A DNA stretch of 64,000 nucleotides from an uncultured virus (IMG/VR IMGVR_UViG_3300024500_000031) (taxonomy: Duplodnaviria > Heunggongvirae > Uroviricota > Caudoviricetes). Location: IMG/VR virus record IMGVR_UViG_3300024500_000031; one strand, 5' to 3'. Position numbers and translations under genes: made by a program. A model generated the notes under the pieces. That model was not told where the DNA came from. It did not search any database and saw nothing but the letters and a program-made list of their open reading frames with translations. Positions within the stretch are counted from its first letter, which is position 1; every line of letters begins with the position of its first letter. Positions 47,643 through 57,922 of this stretch are shown in pieces.

Positions 47643-47934
47643 GAAGATTTAGTTTTGCCGTAACAATTTCAACGCCACGTAAACCTAACGTCCCCATCAA
47701 AAACGATAAACCTAACATGTATTTTGGATCTTTGATATGCAAAGGAGCAGCTATAACTGGAGTCAAATATGTTGCACTAGCAGTTCCACTTATAACTGAA
47801 AGAACAAGTGCTCCAAAATTTAGGTGGGATTGTTTGCTTACGCCAACAATACTTCCAAAAAAACCAGCCACAATTTGTTGAATATCATCCACGGACAGAC
47901 CTACTTTATTCATTGACATCCCTCGTTGCTTCAC
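47599..47934 (-). CDS. holin-like membrane protein
   Basis: AGFFG..V, G..SA.YLTP, FL.G..GLRGVE pattern. Confidence 0.65.
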   Translation of the reverse strand: MKQRGMSMNKVGLSVDDIQQIVAGFFGSIVGVSKQSHLNFGALVLSVISGTASATYLTPVIAAPLHIKDPKYMLGLSFLMGTLGLRGVEIVTAKLNLHGGKDKTNGPEVNN

Positions 47935-48205
47935 TGACTTTTGCTACTTCTGGTAGTTTCATAGAAAAAACTGGAAGTGTACTATCCTGTCGCATAAAAA
48001 AAGCAATGAGCGCGGTAGTCATTGCCGGAACACCTGCGCGTATACCTTCTATGCTTGCCATCAATAGTGCGCGAGTAACAGTGCCAAACGAGGCATTGTC
48101 CGCAATGTGCTGCGCTTTCCACGCAGCATCAAATTCTGGAGCAGCGCTGGCAGTAAAAGCTCCTAATACAATTAGAATTAATCTACCCCACGCTATTTTC
48201 ATCAT
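47906..48205 (-). CDS. membrane protein (lysis-associated candidate)
   Basis: Two hydrophobic segments; adjacent to holin candidates. Confidence 0.6.
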   Translation of the reverse strand: MMKIAWGRLILIVLGAFTASAAPEFDAAWKAQHIADNASFGTVTRALLMASIEGIRAGVPAMTTALIAFFMRQDSTLPVFSMKLPEVAKVSEATRDVNE

Positions 48206-48900
48206 TTACCACCAGCACTCATTACGGGTGGAACACTAAATATTCCATTAGGAGCTTTGTATGACGCATCGAGTCGCATCCACAACTGCATGCGCACTTG
48301 ATCATACCAATCACCCCAGAATGCACGGCCGACAATTGATGGGTCATCATAATTCTTGAGTGCTATTTTACGCGCTGCATATGCTGGTAATGCTTGCATC
48401 AATAAATCATCACTAATAAAACTGAACGTACCGGATCCTTCAGTTATTGCCGTAGGTAGTCCAGCTCCTCTAGCAATAAATGTAGTGTTTGTTGATGGCA
48501 CAGGATAAAAGCCAATGTTGTTATAGCCAGCCTCGTACCAATGCGTGGGCGTACCAGCTGTTGCTGTGTACCCTAAATCATATGACCGTAGTTCATTTTC
48601 ACCACAATGTAATATTGGAGTTGATCCACCGTTTACGTGCACTGTTAGCGGAAATGCTAATGCGGATGCTCCAAAATCGTAAGTACGACCAGTATGGGTA
48701 GAGACACTTAATGTAGTAGGTAAATATACGCACGTGCGACATAAGTCAAACGCAGCATCGTTTAAATATTGAAGAATACCAGCGTTATTTGTAGCAGTAA
48801 CTCCACCGACACCATCTGGGATTTCAGCTACAACAGTATCGGCTGTCTCGTTTAATAATCGTATAACTTCGTTTTTTAAATCAGTAAAGCCTTTAGCCAT
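48202..48900 (-). CDS. head-tail adaptor (tubular A-like), paralog 2
   Basis: F..L...V..LL.E, YLNDA..DLC..., G.P..WY, I.FYPVP motifs. Confidence 0.7.
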   Translation of the reverse strand: MAKGFTDLKNEVIRLLNETADTVVAEIPDGVGGVTATNNAGILQYLNDAAFDLCRTCVYLPTTLSVSTHTGRTYDFGASALAFPLTVHVNGGSTPILHCGENELRSYDLGYTATAGTPTHWYEAGYNNIGFYPVPSTNTTFIARGAGLPTAITEGSGTFSFISDDLLMQALPAYAARKIALKNYDDPSIVGRAFWGDWYDQVRMQLWMRLDASYKAPNGIFSVPPVMSAGGK

Positions 48901-49547
48901 TATTTTGCTCTCCGGCCATATGTACTGGCATAATTGTCAACCATAGAAAGCCTATCTATGTATTCATTTTTAAAAATCTGATAGCCATTCATATCGCCCA
49001 TTTGCATAGAACGAGCTTGCAATACTGCATATACTAGGCAGTCATGCGCAACTTCGGGCAATGGACATTCTGTTGCGTCCGTATTTGGTAAAGCATTACC
49101 AGCACTGTCATAAGCCCAGTTATCACCGGGTTGCGCATAACCCTCCAGAAGCAAGCCATTGTTAATAGTTGCATTGGTTGCTGGGTAAACAGAGATATTA
49201 TTCATTCCGCGCAACACAACTATCTCTGGTCTTTGATCATCTGGCTGATTGCGCCAATAATCTATGTATTGATCTTGATAATCAAACACGCGCACTTTTT
49301 GATATTCATTATTTGTGTCCAAAATTTTAATTACCTTAATTCGATAAATATCTGGAGCACAATAATCTTTTACGCTGACCGTTAAGTCTAAAAACCGACG
49401 ACCAACCAGACAGTCGGTTTGCCGAGCTATCTGATTGGCCTGTTCAATAATTAAATAATCTAGGCCAAATGGATCACGATCTGCGTCCGTGCCAAAGTAA
49501 TTTCTACCGAGCATTCGCACATTACGTTTAATTTGACCTAGATTCAT
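48900..49547 (-). CDS. head-tail adaptor (tubular A-like), paralog 1
   Basis: MNL..I...VR, I.VYP, LPE..HD.LVY motifs; follows capsid genes. Confidence 0.7.
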   Translation of the reverse strand: MNLGQIKRNVRMLGRNYFGTDADRDPFGLDYLIIEQANQIARQTDCLVGRRFLDLTVSVKDYCAPDIYRIKVIKILDTNNEYQKVRVFDYQDQYIDYWRNQPDDQRPEIVVLRGMNNISVYPATNATINNGLLLEGYAQPGDNWAYDSAGNALPNTDATECPLPEVAHDCLVYAVLQARSMQMGDMNGYQIFKNEYIDRLSMVDNYASTYGRRAK

Positions 49548-49549
49548 AA

Positions 49550-50101
49550 TTAGAGGTTACCCTCACGTCCATTCTGGATGTGCATCTGGGTTACGTTGAC
49601 CTGTGCTGGGTTGCGTCCTTGCGAGCTAATAAATCTTAACCTCAAGAACTTTGCATATGACTGCAATGGCAACACCAACTGATCAGCACCAGTTGCTGCA
49701 GCTGCCGTATACACAGCAGATGACAACAGCGTCGAAGCAGCTGGGGTAAACCCACTAGTATCAGAACCGTGCAACTCAACAGTCACTGTGTCAGCAGCAG
49801 TTACACCTGTATGGTTAAATGCAACCTTGACATACAGCGGGTTAATAATCTGACCACGGACATAATCAGCCGCAGTAACTGATCCGTCTTGGTTGGCATC
49901 CATAACCGCGCCAGATACGCCATTTGTTACAAGCCCACCATAGTTAAGTTCTACGGATGTGGCTGCAACGTTAGCGCCACTAGTTGTTGCGTTCATAATT
50001 AACGAAACAACACCATTAACTGACCCCGGTGAGTTTACAAGATAGGCAGATGCTGTAGCACTCTGTGCTGCAATGCTAAATGTAAGTTTTGCGTCTCTCA
50101 C
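49550..50101 (-). CDS. capsid decoration/cement protein (Bbp16-like); start revised to GTG 50101
   Basis: AAGGAG RBS; MRDAKL.FS start; S..SGF and KFLRL motifs; directly after the capsid gene. Confidence 0.65.
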   Translation of the reverse strand: MRDAKLTFSIAAQSATASAYLVNSPGSVNGVVSLIMNATTSGANVAATSVELNYGGLVTNGVSGAVMDANQDGSVTAADYVRGQIINPLYVKVAFNHTGVTAADTVTVELHGSDTSGFTPAASTLLSSAVYTAAAATGADQLVLPLQSYAKFLRLRFISSQGRNPAQVNVTQMHIQNGREGNL

Positions 50102-50112
50102 GTTAATTCTCC

Positions 50113-51126
50113 TTAGTTGGTCGCAATGCGTAAACGAGCAATTGACCGTGTATTTGGCATCCAAAGACCCATGCCCCAGTCAAACAGTACGTTATGCATA
50201 ATGCCGTTTTCCTTAGACTTTCCTAAGTACTCTGGCTTAAATGGACCAGACTGCCAACCCTGAACATAGCCAGTGCCATAGCGTACAGCATAGATGTCTG
50301 CAAAGTTAGATGGAGCAGATATAACAGGTGTAGTACCGTCTAACTTACGTCCAACTGTGCGAATCTTGGCACCCTTATAGCTGTCTACTGATCGATCAAA
50401 TGCATCGTTATCGGTGTTAAAACCAGTACCAGCGCCTAGTAAACGAATGACAGATTCAAAGCGACGCTTTGTGTCTTCATTCATATATAGGACAATGCCG
50501 TTGCCATCTGGTGCATTTAAGTTGTCAAACAACTCCTGCATTGCAGATAAAGCACCGTTAGCCTCAACAGCTAAGAAGGTACTAGACGTGTCCAGTGATG
50601 CCGATGTCGATGCAGGTGCAATCAAACAGTCGGATGGAATGTCATAATCTGCACGGTTTTCTAAACGGAATTTAAGACCGGGGAAACAATCCGGACTGTT
50701 ACCAGCAGCAGAAGACGTTGGGTCGTTATTAATGAACTTATCATTAAAGTCGTATGCAAAACCCTCCATGAAGATCTTGATCTGAGCTTCTACAGGATCA
50801 ATGATATTGTTTGGCTGGTCAAGCAAACGGCAGTCAACCGTAATCTTATTGCGGATTAAATACATCTGCTCTTCGTACGACTTTGGTTTACCTTTAACTG
50901 CGTTTGGCTCACCATTGATAGATGACCAAGTTGGAGTTGGGATAGTACCAGCCTCGTTCGTATAGCGTACACCAACCTGTCGTAAAGAAGGCGATGTGTA
51001 GAATGGAATGTCCTTGATAGCGTTCCATGTCTGGTGCAACGACATAGTGATTTCTTTTACAAGAGGATCATTAGAAAGGACAGCTTGATCTGCGAGTGTA
51101 AGTGCACCGTTAAAATCGATAGCCAT
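50113..51126 (-). CDS. major capsid protein (HK97 fold, BPP-1/Bbp17-like)
   Basis: LTL.D start, P...W..IN, VD..L, F.GL..R, IYAV..G, W..GL......ARL; AGGAG RBS; follows scaffold. Confidence 0.85.
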   Translation of the reverse strand: MAIDFNGALTLADQAVLSNDPLVKEITMSLHQTWNAIKDIPFYTSPSLRQVGVRYTNEAGTIPTPTWSSINGEPNAVKGKPKSYEEQMYLIRNKITVDCRLLDQPNNIIDPVEAQIKIFMEGFAYDFNDKFINNDPTSSAAGNSPDCFPGLKFRLENRADYDIPSDCLIAPASTSASLDTSSTFLAVEANGALSAMQELFDNLNAPDGNGIVLYMNEDTKRRFESVIRLLGAGTGFNTDNDAFDRSVDSYKGAKIRTVGRKLDGTTPVISAPSNFADIYAVRYGTGYVQGWQSGPFKPEYLGKSKENGIMHNVLFDWGMGLWMPNTRSIARLRIATN

Positions 51127-51135
51127 TGGTTACTC

Positions 51136-51996
51136 CTACCGAATGCCTAGTAATCTACTAAGACCTGACATACGGTTTTGCGTTGATGTTGATTGCGGTG
51201 GAACCATTGCTTGCGCAGAGTCACCACCACCAATAGGTGTCGGCGTTGTCTGTTGATTTGTCACCATATCCACTAATTGCGGTACGAGTGATTCAACTAA
51301 ACCCGTCACTTGACGATGTACGGCTGCTGCTGCATCCATTGGATTCATGCCTTGTTGTATAAGGCTATCCATCACGTCTTGTGCGCGACTTGCATATGGA
51401 AATTGCTGCAACGCCTGTTCACGTTGTTGGGCCACCATATAGGAGTTCATTTGACCTACAACTTGGTCATATCTAAACTTCTGTATTTCAGCCTCGGCTT
51501 GTACGCGAGCAAGTTCCGGATCCATGTAGTTGCTTGCAACTTCATGTTGCCACCGCTCGCGTATTTGATCTTCTTGGCTTTGCATCTGCTGTTGTTCATA
51601 AGCTTTTTGAACATCAGCTGCTGATTGAAAACCAGATTCCTCAAACTGCCGAATCACATCAGCCCACTTTGAGTACGCTTCCTGCGCAGCTCGGAGCTGT
51701 TTGGCTTCATCGTTAACTTCTTTGAAGCGCTCATATGGCACATTCCCCGGTTGTTTATCCGGTAATGCACTGTCCAGTAAATGTTTCTTTACTCGTTCTT
51801 GTATAGAACTCTGATCAAAAACACCATCTGTTTGCACTTGTGATGCGGTATTGCTATCAGTGGAGTTATTTAACGCCATGTCTCCACTTTCGCTAGGTCC
51901 GGCGGACTCCCTAACGAAATCAATTAACGCACCACCAACATTGCCCGTTGCCGCTGCTGGCGAATCAGCGGTTCGTGTCACCATCTCTTCGGACAT
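51136..51996 (-). CDS. capsid scaffolding protein
   Basis: VPYERFKEVN motif, coiled coil, between portal and capsid gene. Confidence 0.8.
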   Translation of the reverse strand: MSEEMVTRTADSPAAATGNVGGALIDFVRESAGPSESGDMALNNSTDSNTASQVQTDGVFDQSSIQERVKKHLLDSALPDKQPGNVPYERFKEVNDEAKQLRAAQEAYSKWADVIRQFEESGFQSAADVQKAYEQQQMQSQEDQIRERWQHEVASNYMDPELARVQAEAEIQKFRYDQVVGQMNSYMVAQQREQALQQFPYASRAQDVMDSLIQQGMNPMDAAAAVHRQVTGLVESLVPQLVDMVTNQQTTPTPIGGGDSAQAMVPPQSTSTQNRMSGLSRLLGIR

Positions 51997-52017
51997 CTAT
52001 ATCATACCTTTACTTTT

Positions 52018-54297
52018 TTAAAACATGCCACCCATTTGAGGTGGTTGTTGCACACCCGATTGTGGCAACATTTGCTGGGGCTGCGATTGTGCCTGTTGTG
52101 GCATTGACGGCATTGCTCCCAAATCGTTTGACGGCAGTAACTGTTCTTTACCTATTTCCGTCATTGCGTAATCTTCATTTTGTTGTGCGTCTATTCCAGC
52201 CTTAGCAGCAGCCAATGAAATATCTGCCTCTAATTTTGCCTGAATAATCGCTTGTTGTTTCTGCACTTCTAACTGCATCTTCATCTGTTCGACTTCAGGA
52301 TTAAATTGCTCCTGTTTAGCCTGAGCCTCAATCATGGCTTGTTGTTGCATCATGGCAGCTTGTTGCTGTTGCATCTGTGCCATCTTTTCTGCCTGTTGAT
52401 CTAAATGTTGATATATGCGAGATGCATGTGGAATATTAGCCAGCTCAATAAATAGGCGGTTAGTTTCCGGATCCATTGGATCACCAAATACGCCCATCTG
52501 TCGTAATGCTGCCAATTTCTGTAACTTTTGATCAGGACTATCTTCCATTGACGAACCCGGAATGTAAACAATCCGGTATTGCCCACCAGCTCGCAATGCA
52601 TCAAATCGCATAACGCCTTGACGTATTTGATCCTGTGGGAGCATCTTCCCCTGAATGTTTCCTACAAAAGGAACAATGGCAAACTGTTCGATTAGTGAGA
52701 CTTCCCACTCTTTAATTTTTGATGCACTAATTTCGATGTCAGCTCGAATAAACGAATGTTGTGTGTTGTCCGAGCGTTGCAACAATCTTACAGATTCTGC
52801 TGGTGTACCAGCACTCGCCTGCCCTTGACTTACGTCATGCAACCCTGCAACATCCATCATGTCTTTTTCTAACATTTGCAACAAAGGAAATAGATCTGAT
52901 CCAATTCCGGGTGCGCGTTGTATTGCGGGTGGATGACTACCGCGTTTGTAATTAATGCGACGATAAACACGGTTTTTATCATCTACGCTATCGCCAGTAT
53001 TGTCGTATGCGTCAGCTCCTACGCCACTTAAATTTTCAACCAAGATGTAGTCTTTTTGATTTTCAAACTGCTCAATAAGACGCGAATACACACGGTTGTA
53101 TGTTAGTTGGAGAGAACATAAATCCCAACCTAAACTATATCCATAAGGCGTACCGCTGCGTGGTTGCCAACGTAATGGAATAAAGGGGAATGAATCCTTC
53201 TTTTTATATGGCCATGGGCCAGCATATAGCAAACAACTATTTGTGCTAACGATATACCTACCAGATGGATACAGCGCTGTTGGTTTTTCCCAATACTCGT
53301 AAACAATCGCAGCTTGCTTTTTTGTGTCAGTGTTACCTAAATTACTTGGAGATGGCGGAACCCAGCCACGACCATTACCATTAGTTCCATCTAAATATGT
53401 CTCTACATATCCAGCATTTGTGCCAGTTTGTCCATCAGGTTTAACCAATTTGCCTTGTTCACCATACTTGTCAATGAACCATGATAGTGGCTTAACCATT
53501 GCGTGGATCATCCACCGCAGATCTGCATCTCGTTTTGCAGTAGGGTCGAAATACACATCAAACGCTGGCAAAATTTGCTCAACAATATCGCCTACACGCA
53601 TTGACGTGTGACCTATGACTTCTGATGCAGTAGCATCCATTTGCGGAACAATCTGCTCTAAGCTTGCGTCCCAAAAGATTTTTAAAAATGACGTACCGCA
53701 GACACATGCCCAGCGAACGCGTTCTTTTGTCTGTGTCTCTCTGTCAAACTTGCGATTGTAGTGATTGACAATATAGTTCGCCTCATCGGAAGCCATTAGA
53801 TCAACTGGGTTGTTACTAATAGGCACAGCGCTTGAATCAGGCGCACATTGCGTTAATTTACCAACTACGCCATCAATCAGCGGTCGCATCTTATTAACAG
53901 TCATATATCTGTTTGGCTCGTCCTCGTTTTGTAAACTTTCTAGATTACGCGCCTGACTATTAATCCTAAACCACTGCCGTCCTTCAAAAAAGGCAGTAGC
54001 CATTACCCACTCTAATTCCATTTCCTGTCGTGCGCGATACGCTAAATCAAACTGTTGTTTGACAAACGTCATAACTCGCTTTGCTTCGTCTGGTTGATCT
54101 TTTGGGACGACTTTCCATTCTTTGGCAGTTAAATCAATATTTAAATTCTCTTTATTATCTTTTGCTCCATTTAGTAACTCAAAGCTACCCGGTGCTCCCA
54201 CGTCACTTGGCTTGGAAAATGCTGACACTTTCGGCTGCTGCCCCATAACACTTTTAGTCAAAGCGCTACGCATTAAGTTACTAATATCAATGGACAT
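52018..54297 (-). CDS. portal protein (P22/podovirus-like); likely start ATG 54297
   Basis: F..G.QW, N..RP, G...K..WD, Y.DP.A, EYW, FPF, Gln-rich coiled-coil C-terminus. Confidence 0.9.
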   Translation of the reverse strand: MSIDISNLMRSALTKSVMGQQPKVSAFSKPSDVGAPGSFELLNGAKDNKENLNIDLTAKEWKVVPKDQPDEAKRVMTFVKQQFDLAYRARQEMELEWVMATAFFEGRQWFRINSQARNLESLQNEDEPNRYMTVNKMRPLIDGVVGKLTQCAPDSSAVPISNNPVDLMASDEANYIVNHYNRKFDRETQTKERVRWACVCGTSFLKIFWDASLEQIVPQMDATASEVIGHTSMRVGDIVEQILPAFDVYFDPTAKRDADLRWMIHAMVKPLSWFIDKYGEQGKLVKPDGQTGTNAGYVETYLDGTNGNGRGWVPPSPSNLGNTDTKKQAAIVYEYWEKPTALYPSGRYIVSTNSCLLYAGPWPYKKKDSFPFIPLRWQPRSGTPYGYSLGWDLCSLQLTYNRVYSRLIEQFENQKDYILVENLSGVGADAYDNTGDSVDDKNRVYRRINYKRGSHPPAIQRAPGIGSDLFPLLQMLEKDMMDVAGLHDVSQGQASAGTPAESVRLLQRSDNTQHSFIRADIEISASKIKEWEVSLIEQFAIVPFVGNIQGKMLPQDQIRQGVMRFDALRAGGQYRIVYIPGSSMEDSPDQKLQKLAALRQMGVFGDPMDPETNRLFIELANIPHASRIYQHLDQQAEKMAQMQQQQAAMMQQQAMIEAQAKQEQFNPEVEQMKMQLEVQKQQAIIQAKLEADISLAAAKAGIDAQQNEDYAMTEIGKEQLLPSNDLGAMPSMPQQAQSQPQQMLPQSGVQQPPQMGGMF

Positions 54298-54299
54298 GT

Positions 54300-54452
54300 C
54301 TAAATCCACCTTTCATTTGAAATAACACGTTGTACAAGCAGGCGCTCTTCTTTAATTTGCCGTAAATGATTGACAAGCCCATACATCAACAATGTTTGCA
54401 ATGCAACACAAATGGTAATGATTACAGCACAAATGCAAAGAAACACACTCAT
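54300..54452 (-). CDS. 50-aa membrane protein between TerL and portal (not in ORF track)
   Basis: MSVFLCICAVIITICVALQTLLMYGLVNHLRQIKEERLLVQRVISNERWI; ATGA overlap with the TerL stop. Confidence 0.65.
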   Translation of the reverse strand: MSVFLCICAVIITICVALQTLLMYGLVNHLRQIKEERLLVQRVISNERWI

Positions 54453-56194
54453 AGCCAACGTTTTTCATCCTTCTTTTTAAGCCAAGACGGAACGTATCTT
54501 TCGTTCATAGGAATTTTATCTTCTAACTCCGGACATTTAACTGGGTATTCTCGCCACATTACACCGTAACGAAAACTATCAATTGCGTGATCATTTTTAG
54601 TGCCACTGTCAATATCTTCTGGATCACGTGGATGAGACATAGTAACAGAGAGTTGCTTAATTAAATTAGGACATGCACCACGAACAATCTGTAATTTTGG
54701 TTTTGGTACACCATTGACTACATCGGTTGCACTAATCCATTCTTTTACTCTTCTCCAACCAGCCTTCCTGTCCTTTACCGCTCGTACAGCGGGAAGACCT
54801 CTTTCCCACCACACTTCAACTGGATACTCACCAATTCTTTCCTCTGTTTTCATTGGAGGAAATGTGTTTGCCCAGTCAAAAGCAATAGCCTCTAACTTTG
54901 TGTTCCATAGCCCGTCGCGGACTTTTGTATTAACAGGAGAAGCCAACTGTCTCTGTTCTAGCAACTCAAGACATTTTTCAGCTTGTTTACTACTTACAAG
55001 TCCGGCCTCGTACATTTCTCCAATGACATATATGTTTTCGCGATCGTCACTGGCATACAGTAAAAAACACGCAGGAGCACCAGTACCAAAGTCGTGACTA
55101 GCCCACATGCGCCACCACGGTTGAACATCGACATGATCAACAACATGCCATGGCTTACCATCTGGGGAATATTCTCTAAACTCAGGAAAAAATAATCCAC
55201 CTACGCCGACCTCGTGTTGACACTCACGTAAGAATGACAGCAATCCATAAGTGTCTATTTCGTGTTGGCAAACTTCCAACGTCTTATGTTGCCAAGTAGG
55301 TTTTCCATTTGTTATACGGTAACCCATGCGTCCATCATCGCGCTCATATGTCGTATATTCAAGATCCTCTATGGCTGGAACTATTGGTGACTGTATTCTG
55401 TCTTGCAACATATCTAAATCACCACTGAGAACTTGCGACATCACTGAATTGGCATGAATGCGGTTTTGGACAAATACGACTGCACAATCTGTACTTTTTG
55501 CTGGAAGAATAGTTTGAGTAATGGTGCGTATTTTTTTATCAACACCATTTACAGAGTCATCGAGTTCATCAATGTCGTCCAAAATTATCATGTCTGGTCT
55601 GAGGTGATCTAATTTAACACCACGAGCACCAGTGTCTAATCCAAATGCTAATACATTAAAGCCATTAGCCGTACGCAACTTGGATGCACTCCAACCCTTT
55701 GAAAACCCGTATTTATTAACAGCACGTTCAATACCGCAACGCTCCATTGCTGTAGCAATATCCTGCACGTGCCTATCTGCCATGTCTTGCGTAGCACATA
55801 CATATACAGCAAAACGTCGCGTAGCCTTAACTGCTAGACGACTAACAATCAATTCCATGGTTGTAGATTTACCACCACCACGGAACCAACACTCAATCAA
55901 CGCTGGGCAAAACTTACCGGGAGTAATATCCTCGGCCCATTGCCATGCTCTGTGGTGATGCTGTGCCAGTGTTGATGAAGCAGCATGAGGAGCATATATG
56001 CGCAACCATTCTTCGTAATTTAATTCATGTCCGGGCAGGGCACTAGCCATACCGCTATCATAATCACCTAGCTCAATAGCCGAGCCTAATTCATCTTGCA
56101 ACGCCTCTAGCAAAGCAACCGTTAAAGGTTTTGTTGGTCGTACAAATTTCTTAAATGCTCGCGGCGTTGAACGTGTCGTTACTTGATTCTTCAT
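54449..56194 (-). CDS. terL: terminase large subunit
   Basis: RGGGKST Walker A, RPD.IILDD Walker B, DFG and DHAIDSFRY nuclease motifs. Confidence 0.95.
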   Translation of the reverse strand: MKNQVTTRSTPRAFKKFVRPTKPLTVALLEALQDELGSAIELGDYDSGMASALPGHELNYEEWLRIYAPHAASSTLAQHHHRAWQWAEDITPGKFCPALIECWFRGGGKSTTMELIVSRLAVKATRRFAVYVCATQDMADRHVQDIATAMERCGIERAVNKYGFSKGWSASKLRTANGFNVLAFGLDTGARGVKLDHLRPDMIILDDIDELDDSVNGVDKKIRTITQTILPAKSTDCAVVFVQNRIHANSVMSQVLSGDLDMLQDRIQSPIVPAIEDLEYTTYERDDGRMGYRITNGKPTWQHKTLEVCQHEIDTYGLLSFLRECQHEVGVGGLFFPEFREYSPDGKPWHVVDHVDVQPWWRMWASHDFGTGAPACFLLYASDDRENIYVIGEMYEAGLVSSKQAEKCLELLEQRQLASPVNTKVRDGLWNTKLEAIAFDWANTFPPMKTEERIGEYPVEVWWERGLPAVRAVKDRKAGWRRVKEWISATDVVNGVPKPKLQIVRGACPNLIKQLSVTMSHPRDPEDIDSGTKNDHAIDSFRYGVMWREYPVKCPELEDKIPMNERYVPSWLKKKDEKRWL

Positions 56195-56903
56195 TTACTA
56201 TTTCTGCGTCCATAATTTCATCTTGTTGATACTGCCTAAGTAATTTTCCAAATCCAACTTTGATTTGCTCTAATTGCCCTGCATCTCTTACGCAATCTTT
56301 TACTACCTTCAAAATCTGCATTGCCAGACTATACGCTTGATCAACCTCTAACGTGTAGGCCTTAGTGTGCAACATTCGCGCTTCGGCCTCGACGATGTCA
56401 GTGCGTTTTTCAATTAGTTGAACAACATCCTGACTGGCACGATATACATCAATGCCTTCAGTGACCATGGACTCTAATTTCTTAAACGACTTTGCAAACT
56501 CATCTGTGCCGATTGATGTTTTACATACATACAGCTGATCTTTTATAGATTCATAGTGTTCGACAGATATGCCATTACTAGCAGCTTCAGCACGTACATC
56601 CATCAATGCCGTTAAATACGCGGCATCATCTTTTAAACTAAATAGGTCTGGGTCTTCTCGTAATTCTTCTATACGCCTTAACAACTTTGGTGCTACTGAG
56701 GCAAAACGTTTACGCTGCTTTGACCATAAGCCTGTTTTAAATGCCGGACTGTCTGGTCCAACTAATGCTTTGCCACCATGATGCTTGCAATAGTCACGTC
56801 CTTTAATGGCTACATTCCTGCACAATTCACCTGATGCGTTTTTAGATGAACATAATTTAACGTGACTGCCGTTAGGCATTTCCCGAATATGTTCTGTCGT
56901 CAC
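56151..56903 (-). CDS. terminase small subunit candidate (HGGxSTG-like zinc ribbon)
   Basis: C......G..C...A......C..HGG, K.G.WS motifs; immediately upstream of terL. Confidence 0.75.
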   Translation of the reverse strand: MTTEHIREMPNGSHVKLCSSKNASGELCRNVAIKGRDYCKHHGGKALVGPDSPAFKTGLWSKQRKRFASVAPKLLRRIEELREDPDLFSLKDDAAYLTALMDVRAEAASNGISVEHYESIKDQLYVCKTSIGTDEFAKSFKKLESMVTEGIDVYRASQDVVQLIEKRTDIVEAEARMLHTKAYTLEVDQAYSLAMQILKVVKDCVRDAGQLEQIKVGFGKLLRQYQQDEIMDAEIVNEESSNDTFNAASI

Positions 56904-57922
56904 TGTACATTCCTTATTGTAGTAGGTGACGGCGCAGCAAAGCCCAATAGCGGTGGTTTATTTGGTCCGGTATATGGCTTTCCAGCGGATGGAGATGGTT
57001 TATTTATTTTAGCTGCCCATTTTGGAACCGCTTTGTCGAGGTTTTGTAAATCATTTAAAATTTCAATAGTTGTTCGAGCCTGTGGAGTTCGTAATACATC
57101 AAGAAACTTTTGCTTATTGACGTCAGCGGTTTCCATTTTACCTGCGTTTCGTTTTTGTAATGGCGTCATTGGTTTACTGCGATCAATACGTAACTTGCCA
57201 CTATTGTCTATTTTTGTAGGTGGTACATTTTTTGGGTCAGCAAGTTTCATTAATTGAAATAAAACTTCATCATCGCCTAAATAATAATCACCTGTTTCTG
57301 ATGGATCTCCTAACGATTTAAGCCCATCTTTAAACAGGTAGCTATCTCCGATTCTAGATTTTGCAGCACTGTTTAGGATTTCCGTTAAATATGGTATTTT
57401 GTCAAACCGTGTTTTACCTTGAGCGTCTGGCTCTAACATGTATTCATTTAGTTTATTTACGCCTGAAGCTAAAAATGGATCTGTAATAGCATTAGCTACA
57501 CCTTCAAATTTTTCTGACGCAACTTGACCGATTAAACTTTTGTTAGCCAATTTTTTTAGAGCAAGTGTCATCAATGCATCTTTAATAGCGTTTCCAGCAA
57601 CTAACGTCATGTTTGACCCAAATACATTGGTTCTTGTCTGTGGATCTACATCTGGCGTCATTGTTCGCCCTATAGATAACACTGGATCGTAATACATTGG
57701 CGCTTCCTGCATTACGCGCCCTAATGTTTTAGACGCACCTCCTCTTGTTGTCAATAAGGTCCCAGCAGCATCAAATGGTAAACGGAATCGCACATCATTG
57801 CTATATAGCGATTGCATGTGCCTACCAACCGATTTTGCTGGATTTCTACTTAAGCGATCTTCTGTTTTAGCTCGTTCTGTTTTTGGGCCAAGCCCTTTTA
57901 ATCCTTCTAGTTCTTGTGGCAT
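56900..57922 (-). CDS. hypothetical Cys-free protein (starts MPQ)
   Basis: AAGGA RBS; coupled to neighbours. Confidence 0.8.
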   Translation of the reverse strand: MPQELEGLKGLGPKTERAKTEDRLSRNPAKSVGRHMQSLYSNDVRFRLPFDAAGTLLTTRGGASKTLGRVMQEAPMYYDPVLSIGRTMTPDVDPQTRTNVFGSNMTLVAGNAIKDALMTLALKKLANKSLIGQVASEKFEGVANAITDPFLASGVNKLNEYMLEPDAQGKTRFDKIPYLTEILNSAAKSRIGDSYLFKDGLKSLGDPSETGDYYLGDDEVLFQLMKLADPKNVPPTKIDNSGKLRIDRSKPMTPLQKRNAGKMETADVNKQKFLDVLRTPQARTTIEILNDLQNLDKAVPKWAAKINKPSPSAGKPYTGPNKPPLLGFAAPSPTTIRNVQ